This document shows positions 19,767 through 27,283 of a DNA stretch of 42,762 nucleotides, in pieces; positions within the stretch are counted from its first letter, which is position 1, and every line of letters begins with the position of its first letter. Where the stretch lies: assembly GCA_039930845.1 (NCBI GenBank), contig JBDTTA010000003.1, positions 1 to 42,762 of the forward strand, in the 5' to 3' direction. The stretch is from Gemmatimonadales bacterium. GTDB taxonomy: Bacteria; Gemmatimonadota; Gemmatimonadetes; Gemmatimonadales; GWC2-71-9. Under the pieces are notes generated by a model. The model did not search any database, had not been told where the DNA came from, and worked only from the letters and a program-made list of their open reading frames with translations. The translations under genes and the position numbers were made by a program.

Positions 19767-19888
19767 CGAGAAACTCCTGATGATGTGATGTGATGAGTGT
19801 GTGCGACAAGACCCTCACCGGCGCATCGCTTCGCCGTCGTGGGGGGCCATGGTAGTAACATTGGTACTACAGATTGCTGCTCTTGTCA

Positions 19889-19905
19889 AGCAGGTGAGGT
19901 GCCAA
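19889..19905 (-). promoter_or_regulatory. sigma54 (-24/-12) promoter upstream of the sigma54 activator
   Basis: Minus strand TTGGCAC-CTCAC-CTGCT, i.e. GG-N10-GC. Confidence 0.65.
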
Positions 19906-19982
19906 CGCAACATCTTGCACTACTTTAAGGCGTAAGGAAGGCTACAGGTCGTGGTGGGATTTCGACAATCGGCGGGGTTTAT

Positions 19983-20933
19983 TCAGGATTCGCACTCCAG
20001 GGCGACCTGCTCGAACGCGCGGATGCGCTCGCCTTTGCCTTCGCGGCGAAGATTCCGGAGTGCGGTGGTGGCACGCAACAGCAGCTCGACAGCATCCACC
20101 GGTGATTGCGCAAAATCGGGGACGGCGCAGTACCCGGCGCGAATCCGGATGGCGCGCTCTCCTCCCCGGTGAGCGACCGGGGAGCCTTCGATGGCGCCGC
20201 TCAACCGGCGCACGAGCCGCAGCGCGGCGTCCGGCCCGGTGGCCGGCGCGATGACGGCGAACTCAGTGGGACCGAGACGGCCGATCGCATCGGAGGCACG
20301 CCCCGCACGCTTGAAGAGCAGGCCCACCTGGTCGGAAATTTTTTCGACCTCCTCATCCCCGTGCCCGGTCGTTTCACTTTCGGGTTCGGGAGCAAACACC
20401 ACGCAGGCAAGCGGGTCGTGCCGCCGAAGCGCATCGGAACCGATTTCCCGGGCGCGGCGGGAGAGTCCTCTCATGTTGTAGAGCCCGGTGTTCGTATCGA
20501 GAAGATTTTCTTCGCGGAGCTCATCCACCGCCTGCTTGCACTGGAGGAAGGTGCCGAGCTTGAGCAGAAGCGATTCGCCGTCGAGTGGCTGGCCCAGAAA
20601 TTCCCAGGCGCCCGCGCGGTACGCCTCCAGGCGCTGGGTCCGGCCGGAGGGGCCGCTGGTGGTAATGACGATGGGTGTGGTGGAGCTGAAGCGAGGATCG
20701 GCGCGGAGGGCTCGACAGACATCGAAGCCATGCATGTCCGGCATTTGCGCGTCGAGGATGATCAGGTCCGGCAGCGACGCTCCCGCACGCTCGAGGGCCT
20801 GTTGACCGGTGTACGCCCGGACCACCGAGTACCCGCTCGGCCCCAGGATGCTTTCGAGCGATCTGGCGGACCACTCCTGGTCGTTGGCGATGAGGACCAG
20901 GGGTGCCGGCGCGGCCTTTTCGCGATTTTCCAT
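19983..20933 (-). CDS. Response regulator: REC plus degenerate GGDEF domain
   Basis: 'PDLIILDAQMPD' receiver; 'DTNTGLYN'; 'RASD-AIGRL-GPTEF' in place of GGDEF. Confidence 0.88.
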   Translation of the reverse strand: MENREKAAPAPLVLIANDQEWSARSLESILGPSGYSVVRAYTGQQALERAGASLPDLIILDAQMPDMHGFDVCRALRADPRFSSTTPIVITTSGPSGRTQRLEAYRAGAWEFLGQPLDGESLLLKLGTFLQCKQAVDELREENLLDTNTGLYNMRGLSRRAREIGSDALRRHDPLACVVFAPEPESETTGHGDEEVEKISDQVGLLFKRAGRASDAIGRLGPTEFAVIAPATGPDAALRLVRRLSGAIEGSPVAHRGGERAIRIRAGYCAVPDFAQSPVDAVELLLRATTALRNLRREGKGERIRAFEQVALECES

Positions 20934-21595
20934 TGGGATCAGCCGGAATGGGGAACGACGGTCGCTCGGTATCGAGCCTGAGACAGCAGGAGTCGTGCGG
21001 GCTCGCCCGGGACCGTCAACTCCTTACAAGGTAATACCATACGGAATAGAAGATAGTCCGAACCGCCCGAGAGCGCCGAAGCGGTGCCACAGTTTGGCTG
21101 CCCGGGTGCCACGATCTGCCCTGCGCCGGCGTATCGAAGGTGTTGTTGACCGGCTGATCGAAACTGTGGCTTGCAGGCGACGAACTCGATTCGCCTCGTC
21201 CTCGATCGCGCCTCCGGTCCAGTTGCTAAACTTTTGCAATGTAATATCTTGTAGTCACCCAAATAGCTGAGGCGTATCCGCTCGAATCGCGGCGTCATAC
21301 TTGAAGGCGAAGAGGCTCAGGTTCACCGTACGTTCGACTCAAACGGAACTCGAGAAGTATGCCTCTGCCATTCGATGCGATCCCGGCGCCTGCACCGGGC
21401 GATCATGACATGAATGTCGACCCCGCTGATCACGTTGAAGCGGAGCCGACGATTCGTGCAACCAATCCCGGCGAGCGCTCGCGATTCAGCCAGTGGTTGG
21501 CCAGTTTCGGTCTCGGCGAAGTCCCCCTGCCGCTCCTGACGCGGCGAAGAGCGCACCGGACGTGAGCACAAACCGTCATGCACTGCGTCACACCG

Positions 21596-21611
21596 AGTGA
21601 TGCACGTCACA
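21596..21611. promoter_or_regulatory. CRP/FNR-family-like palindromic site
   Basis: AGTGA-TGCACG-TCACA matches TGTGA-N6-TCACA at 9 of 10 positions; overlaps another palindrome at 21584-21604. Confidence 0.5.
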
Positions 21612-21663
21612 ATAGCGCAGACGAAAACCGATTAAGCTGATCACAGATTTCTACCCCGACCTA

Positions 21664-22455
21664 GTGAGTACGTCGACGATCATGGGTACCGCAACATCTG
21701 GAGTTCGGCGAGCCTTTCCTTCACGCTCGTTTGCCACGCGCCGATCCAGGCCGATCCTTTCGCGTGCCTATTCGCGCGCGCTCGTGCACATCAGCCGCAC
21801 GGTGCCGCGGCAGAGCGCTGCCTGGGCGCATCGCTTCGTCAATCTCATGCTGGCCGCCGCCGCGCTCGTCATACTGCTGCCGGTGCTCTTGGTCATTGCC
21901 TTGGTGGTAAAGCTCACCTCGCGGGGGCCGGTCTTCTACGTGCAGGAGCGGGTGGGCCAGGATCGCCGGCTCCCGGGCCGCCAGGTGCTCAATCACCGCC
22001 GGTCCCGGAATGTCGGCGGCAAGCCGTTCACCATCTATAAGTTCCGCACCATGCGGCTGGATGCCGAGCAGCACTCCGGCGCGGTGTGGGCCCAGGAACA
22101 GGATCCCCGGGTCACCCCGGTGGGCCGGGTGCTGCGCCAGTACCGGCTCGACGAGCTGCCCCAGTTCATCAACGTGCTCAAGGGCGAGATGAACATCGTG
22201 GGCCCCCGCCCGGAGCGGCCCACCATCTTCGCCGAGCTGCGCGAGCACATCGCCGAGTACCCGCTGCGCCAGCGGGCCAAGCCGGGCATTACCGGGCTGG
22301 CCCAGATCAACCACCACTACGATCGCTCGATCGACGACGTGCGCACCAAGGTGAGCTACGATCTGGAATACATCCGCCGCCAGAGCCTGGCGGAGGATCT
22401 CCGCATCATGCTCAAGACCGTCCCCGCCATCCTCCTGCGCCGCGGCGGCTGGTAG
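21664..22455 (+). CDS. Priming sugar transferase (WcaJ/ExoY-type polyprenyl-phosphate phosphoglycosyltransferase)
   Basis: 'SRGPVFYVQERVG', 'YKFRTM', 'DPRVT.VG..LR.YRLDELPQF.NVLKGEMNIVGPRPE', 'KPGITGLAQ', 'DLEYI'; start uncertain. Confidence 0.93.
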   Translation: MSTSTIMGTATSGVRRAFPSRSFATRRSRPILSRAYSRALVHISRTVPRQSAAWAHRFVNLMLAAAALVILLPVLLVIALVVKLTSRGPVFYVQERVGQDRRLPGRQVLNHRRSRNVGGKPFTIYKFRTMRLDAEQHSGAVWAQEQDPRVTPVGRVLRQYRLDELPQFINVLKGEMNIVGPRPERPTIFAELREHIAEYPLRQRAKPGITGLAQINHHYDRSIDDVRTKVSYDLEYIRRQSLAEDLRIMLKTVPAILLRRGGW

Positions 22456-22605
22456 CCGGCTCGCCAGCTCCTCCGCGCCATCCTCTGTCGCATTCGAGCT
22501 ACATCGCCGCATCAACCGGCGACCTGCAGCGACCCCCAGAAACCGACCGAGACATAACCGACTGTCAGAAAATGACATGCCTTAGCTGGTCGCATTGTAC
22601 TCCGG

Positions 22606-22621
22606 CGGAACGGGCATTGCT
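22606..22621 (+). promoter_or_regulatory. sigma54 (-24/-12) promoter candidate for the glycosyltransferase operon
   Basis: CGGAAC-GGGCA-TTGCT (GG-N10-GC), 50 nt upstream of the GT2 start; palindrome TGTCA-N5-TGACA at 22563-22577. Confidence 0.55.
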
Positions 22622-22671
22622 GGCAACTGAGTGCGAACCGTCCTATCTTTTTTCATGAAGAGGAGCCGCCA

Positions 22672-23631
22672 ATGAAGCCAGCGAGAGCCCACACGGGCCC
22701 CTACCTCTCGGTGGTGGCGCCACTCTACAACGAGGCCGACAACGTCGCCCCGCTGATCGAGTGGATTCTCCAGGCGCTCGTGGCGTACCCGAAGCCCTTC
22801 GAGGTCATTCTGGTTGACGATGGGAGCCGGGATGAGACGTGGTCGAGGGTGGTAGCAGGTGCGGCAGGTAATCCACGAGTCAGGGGAATCCGGCTGGCGC
22901 GTAACGCCGGCCAGACGGCGGCCATGATGGCCGGTTTCGACCACGCGGCGGGGGAGGTGATCGTCTCTCTCGACGGCGACCTCCAGAACGACCCGCGGGA
23001 CATCGAAGCGCTCGTCGCCCGGCTGGAAGAGGGATACGATCTCGTGTGCGGTTGGCGTCAGCAACGGCAGGACAAGCTCCTGCTGCGGAAGGTGCCGTCG
23101 TGGATCGCCAACCGACTCATCCGGCGGCTGACCGGCGTCCCGATCACGGACAACGGCTGTTCGCTCAAGGCGTATCGGCGGGATCTCCTCGACCGGATCC
23201 CGCTCTACGCCGAGCAGCACAGATTCATTCCCGCCCTTTCGGCCAGCGTGGGCGCCCGGATCGCCGAAATGCCGGTTCGCCACCATGCGCGCCGTTTCGG
23301 GGAGAGCAAGTACGGCATTTCCCGAACAGTAAAGGTGCTCGTCGACCTTCTCACGCTCAAGATGATCACGACCTTTCGTACGCGCCCCCTCGTTGGCTTC
23401 CTGGTGGCGACCGCGCCGGCGCTGGCGGCCGGGGTGCTTTTCGTGATCCTGTGGTTCGTGGCATTGGGGCATCGGGAGTTCGAGTCGCACGCCATCGTCT
23501 TTCCAGGCGCCGCAGCCCTCTCCTTCGGCGCCGCGGTCTACCTGTTCATGCTTGGCCTCGTCTCCGAGGTAGCGCTCAGCAACGAACGAGAGAGCGCCAA
23601 TGCCATTCCGGCTGCGTGGGAATTGAAATGA
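22672..23631 (+). CDS. GT2 polyprenol-phosphate glycosyltransferase (ArnC/GtrB/DPM1-like)
   Basis: 'PLYNE', 'VDDGSRD', 'GQTAA', 'LDGDLQNDP', 'HRFIP', 'GESKYG'; two C-terminal TMs. Confidence 0.93.
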   Translation: MKPARAHTGPYLSVVAPLYNEADNVAPLIEWILQALVAYPKPFEVILVDDGSRDETWSRVVAGAAGNPRVRGIRLARNAGQTAAMMAGFDHAAGEVIVSLDGDLQNDPRDIEALVARLEEGYDLVCGWRQQRQDKLLLRKVPSWIANRLIRRLTGVPITDNGCSLKAYRRDLLDRIPLYAEQHRFIPALSASVGARIAEMPVRHHARRFGESKYGISRTVKVLVDLLTLKMITTFRTRPLVGFLVATAPALAAGVLFVILWFVALGHREFESHAIVFPGAAALSFGAAVYLFMLGLVSEVALSNERESANAIPAAWELK

Positions 23632-24617
23632 CGGCGGAGGGAGCCCTGATTCAGCCACTCGATGTCCCGACCCTGGCCTCGACGCCGAACCCGCTGCCGT
23701 TCGTCTCGGTGGTCGTGCCGGTGGTCGAGCGAGCGGACGACCTCACCGCCCTGTATCACGGGTTTGCCGGGGAGCTGGAGCGGCGCGGGCAGGACTTCGA
23801 GTTTCTCTTCGTCTTCGATGGCGGGTTCGAGCCGAGTCCGGAGCTGGTGGCCCTGGCGGCGGGGTCGGAACGTATCCATCTCCACCGCTTTGCACAGCGT
23901 TTCGGTGAAACCGCCGCGCTGAGGCTGGGCATCGAGCGCAGCCGGGGTGATTTGCTCGTGACGCTGCCGGCGTATTTCCAGGTTCGCCCCGAAGGCCTCG
24001 GGTCGCTGCTCGATGCGCTTTCCGGTGGCGTCGAGCTCGTGGTGGCCAATCGTTCGCCCCGTCTCGACAGCTGGCTCAACCGGTTGCAGTCGCGCGCGTT
24101 CCACAAGATGCTCGGCGGGATCGGCGATACCGCTTTCCACGACATGGCCTGCGGCGTCCGGGTCATGGGTCGCACCGTCGCGGAGTCGCTACCGCTGTAT
24201 GGCGACATGCACCGGTTCATTCCCGCGATCGCGGTGCGCGAAGGGTACACGGTCCGCGAAGTGGCGGTGCCTCAGCATCCCAACGATGCCCGCGTGCGGG
24301 TGTATGGGCCGGGCGTGTACTTCCGGCGCCTGCTCGATATTGCCACGTTCTTCTTCCTGGCCAAGTTCACGGAAAAACCGTTGCGGTTCTTCGGAATGGT
24401 CGGGTCGCTTTCTCTCGCGATCGGCGTCGCGATCAGCGCCATCCTGGTGGTCGACAAGATCAAGGGCCAGGCGATCGCCAATCGACCGCTGCTGCTCCTC
24501 GGGGTGCTGCTCGTGGCCCTGGGCGTCCAACTGATGGGCCTCGGCCTTGTCGGGGAAATCATCGTGCACCTGCGCGCGCCGCACCGGCGGGCGTATCGAG
24601 TGCGCGAGCAGGTGTGA
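23628..24617 (+). CDS. GT2 ArnC-like paralog with degenerate catalytic motifs
   Basis: 'VSVVVPV', 'GETAAL', 'LYGDMHRFIP', 'KPLRFFG', 'GLVGE'; DxD replaced by 'PAY'. Confidence 0.85.
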   Translation: MTAEGALIQPLDVPTLASTPNPLPFVSVVVPVVERADDLTALYHGFAGELERRGQDFEFLFVFDGGFEPSPELVALAAGSERIHLHRFAQRFGETAALRLGIERSRGDLLVTLPAYFQVRPEGLGSLLDALSGGVELVVANRSPRLDSWLNRLQSRAFHKMLGGIGDTAFHDMACGVRVMGRTVAESLPLYGDMHRFIPAIAVREGYTVREVAVPQHPNDARVRVYGPGVYFRRLLDIATFFFLAKFTEKPLRFFGMVGSLSLAIGVAISAILVVDKIKGQAIANRPLLLLGVLLVALGVQLMGLGLVGEIIVHLRAPHRRAYRVREQV

Positions 24618-24782
24618 GACGCGCCGTCGTCACCCTCGCCATTGGCGTCCGGTTTGTCCACGGCGCCCCGTGGTATCCCACTCGGTGAACCGACTGCGAT
24701 CGCTGATACGTTCCCGCCAGGGACGACCACCGGGGCGGGCGGGCCGTGGCATTCCTGTCTGCGCCTTCATGGGGACTTCGGA

Positions 24783-25961
24783 GTGAAAATCCTCCTGCTG
24801 GCACCGCACCCATTCTTTCAGGTCCGGGGTACGCCGCTCGCGGTGCGCACCGTCCTCGAGTTTCTCAGCGCGCGAGGGCACAACGTCGACGTCCTCACCT
24901 TCCACGAAGGTGAGGACGTCACGCTGCCGAACTGCCGCATCTACCGGATCCCGCGCTTCCCGGGCATTCACAATATCCGTCCCGGGTTCTCGACGAAGAA
25001 GGTCTTCTGCGACGGGCTGATGCTGCTGGAATGCATCCGGCTGGTTCGGCGGAACCGATACGACCTGATGCATGCGGTCGAGGAGTCGGCCTTCATCGCG
25101 GCCGTGATCCAGGCGTTCACCGGGATTCCCTACGTCTACGACATGGACTCCTCGCTCGTCGAGCAGATGATCGACGCGCACCCGGGTCTTCGCGGGATCG
25201 GCCGGACCCTCCGGAAGTGCGAGGCCTTCGTGATTCGCCGGAGCCTGGGTGTGCTGACGGTGTGTGCGGCGCTGGCCGAGGTGGCGCACAGCCACGCCCC
25301 CCGGAAGCTGGTCGGACGAGTCGAGGATACTACGCTCCTTCCGATGATCGAACATCCCGGGGACGACGGCGGCATGCCCCCTGATCTCGTGGGGCGAGGA
25401 CCCATCGCGATGTACGTCGGCAATCTCGAGTCCTATCAGGGAATCGACCTGCTGCTCGACGGGTTCCGTCACGCGCTCAAATCGCTCCCCGACGCCCAGC
25501 TCGTAATCGTCGGGGGCCGGCCGGAGGACATCCGGCGATACCGCAGGATCGCCGAGCACAATGGCGGGGCGGACCACATTCATTTCATCGGACCACGACC
25601 CATCGACGATCTGCCGGCCTTGTTCGAGCAGGCGGACGTGCTGGTATCGCCCAGACTCAAGGGGCTCAACACGCCGATGAAGATCTATTCGTACCTCGAT
25701 TCGGGCACGGCCGTGCTCGCCACCAGACTCCCGACCCACACCCAGGTGCTGCATCGAGGCGTGGCGTATCTGGTGGAGCCAGAAGCGGAGTCGGTGGGGG
25801 CCGGGCTGGTGGCGCTCCTCTCCAATCCCGCCCTTCGGGCGCAGCTTGCCGCGGAGGCCAAGCGCCACGTGCAGGAGGAGTTCACTCCGGAAGCCGCCTG
25901 GCGGAAGCTCGGTGAGTTCTACGGCCTCGTCGAGTCGCAGACGAGCGGGGCCCGCGCGTGA
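24783..25961 (+). CDS. GT4 family glycosyltransferase
   Basis: GTG start MKILLLAP; 'YVGNL..YQGIDLL', 'LVIVGG', 'ADVLVSPR', 'PMKIYSY'. Confidence 0.9.
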   Translation: MKILLLAPHPFFQVRGTPLAVRTVLEFLSARGHNVDVLTFHEGEDVTLPNCRIYRIPRFPGIHNIRPGFSTKKVFCDGLMLLECIRLVRRNRYDLMHAVEESAFIAAVIQAFTGIPYVYDMDSSLVEQMIDAHPGLRGIGRTLRKCEAFVIRRSLGVLTVCAALAEVAHSHAPRKLVGRVEDTTLLPMIEHPGDDGGMPPDLVGRGPIAMYVGNLESYQGIDLLLDGFRHALKSLPDAQLVIVGGRPEDIRRYRRIAEHNGGADHIHFIGPRPIDDLPALFEQADVLVSPRLKGLNTPMKIYSYLDSGTAVLATRLPTHTQVLHRGVAYLVEPEAESVGAGLVALLSNPALRAQLAAEAKRHVQEEFTPEAAWRKLGEFYGLVESQTSGARA

Positions 25962-27196
25962 AGCAGTTGTGGCGATCGCCCACGCTCCGCAGCATGGTGG
26001 TTTATGGCGCGGCGGGCGCGGGGTTCGCCGGGGCCAACCTGATCCTCGCGAGGGTATTGCCGAAAGACGAATACGGGCTCTTCACGCTCGTCATCGCGTT
26101 GATGAATCTCGGCTATTCGCTCGCCCCGACGGGCGTGGACGGGATCGTCAATCGCCGGCATCTCGAGGCGGGCCCGTCGCTCCTCCGCCGGGTCGTGCTC
26201 GCCTCGAGCAGCGTCGCCGTGATCTTCGCGGCCATCGGCCTCTTCGCCTATGATTTGAGCCCGATGCTGGCGCTGCTGATCTTCATCAGCACCGCTGCCG
26301 GCGGCGCGCTCCTCGTGGCGGGCGCCAAGTTCCAGAGCGAGCACCGCTTCGCCATCTCCCTCACGCTGATCCAAAGCCCCAACATCATACTGCTCTTCGC
26401 GGCGCTCGCCGTATTCGTGCTGCACACGACCAGCGCATGGCCCGCCATCCTGATTTCCTCCGCCGGGCTCGTCATCGCGGCCATTTTCGGATGGTCTCTG
26501 CTGTTCCGGGAGCGGCACGGCAAACCGCAACGCGAGAGCGGCTTCGCGTGGAAAGAGGCGCTCTCCTTCGCCGGCCTCGAAGTGGCGGGGCTGACGCTCG
26601 TGCAACTCGAGCGGCTGGTCATCCCCCACGTGCTTCCGATCACCGAGATGGCCACCTTCGGCGTGCTGGCCGCGATCGTCGGGTCGCTCTTTCGAGTCAT
26701 GCAGATGGGTGTGGGCTACACCCTGCTGCCCCGCCTCCGGGCGTCGACGACCGTGGTACAGCGCCGGAAGTTGATCGCCCGGGAGGCCAAGCTGGTCGGC
26801 CGCATCACGGTGCTGGGCTGCGCCCTCATCTGGTTCGTCACACCCCTCGTGGAGCACGCGTTTCTACGGGGGAAATACCATCTGCCCGCATCGCTGATCT
26901 TCGCCGCGCTGGCGAGCGGCATCGCCAAGATCCTGAACGCCTTCGCCAAGGCTACGGTATCGGCGCTGGCAACGGCGCGCGAGCTGGCGCTCATCAACTT
27001 CCTCGGCTGGGGCTCGGTCCTGCTCGCGGTTGCCGCCGCGATCGTGGGCGCCCGCTGGGGTCTCACTGGAGTCATCTACGGTGTAGCCCTCGGCTGGCTG
27101 CTTCGCGCGGCCACCGCCGGCTATCCCATTCTCAAGCATCTTCGCGTGCCTGACGTCGTCACCGGCCAACAGCCGGCACCCGCTCTCGAGCGCTGA
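25958..27196 (+). CDS. Wzx/MOP-like oligosaccharide flippase
   Basis: Highly hydrophobic multi-TM protein; 'LARVLPKDEYG.F'; GT operon context. Confidence 0.8.
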   Translation: MKQLWRSPTLRSMVVYGAAGAGFAGANLILARVLPKDEYGLFTLVIALMNLGYSLAPTGVDGIVNRRHLEAGPSLLRRVVLASSSVAVIFAAIGLFAYDLSPMLALLIFISTAAGGALLVAGAKFQSEHRFAISLTLIQSPNIILLFAALAVFVLHTTSAWPAILISSAGLVIAAIFGWSLLFRERHGKPQRESGFAWKEALSFAGLEVAGLTLVQLERLVIPHVLPITEMATFGVLAAIVGSLFRVMQMGVGYTLLPRLRASTTVVQRRKLIAREAKLVGRITVLGCALIWFVTPLVEHAFLRGKYHLPASLIFAALASGIAKILNAFAKATVSALATARELALINFLGWGSVLLAVAAAIVGARWGLTGVIYGVALGWLLRAATAGYPILKHLRVPDVVTGQQPAPALER

Positions 27197-27235
27197 TCGG
27201 AAAGGGAGCGACGGCTGCACCGGAAGGAGATTGTC

Positions 27236-27283
27236 ATGCAGTACGACCACCGCAACTGTTCGACCCGGCACGAGGCGCGCTGA
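27236..27283 (+). CDS. Putative 15-aa uORF/peptide MQYDHRNCSTRHEAR
   Basis: AAGGAG SD 6 nt before the ATG; its stop overlaps the AsnB-like start (TGATG). Confidence 0.4.
   Translation: MQYDHRNCSTRHEAR

Noticed and set aside
22621-22635. TGGCAACTGAGTGC as a sigma54 promoter
   Set aside because: GG-to-GC spacing is 9 nt, not 10; the adjacent 22606-22621 motif fits instead
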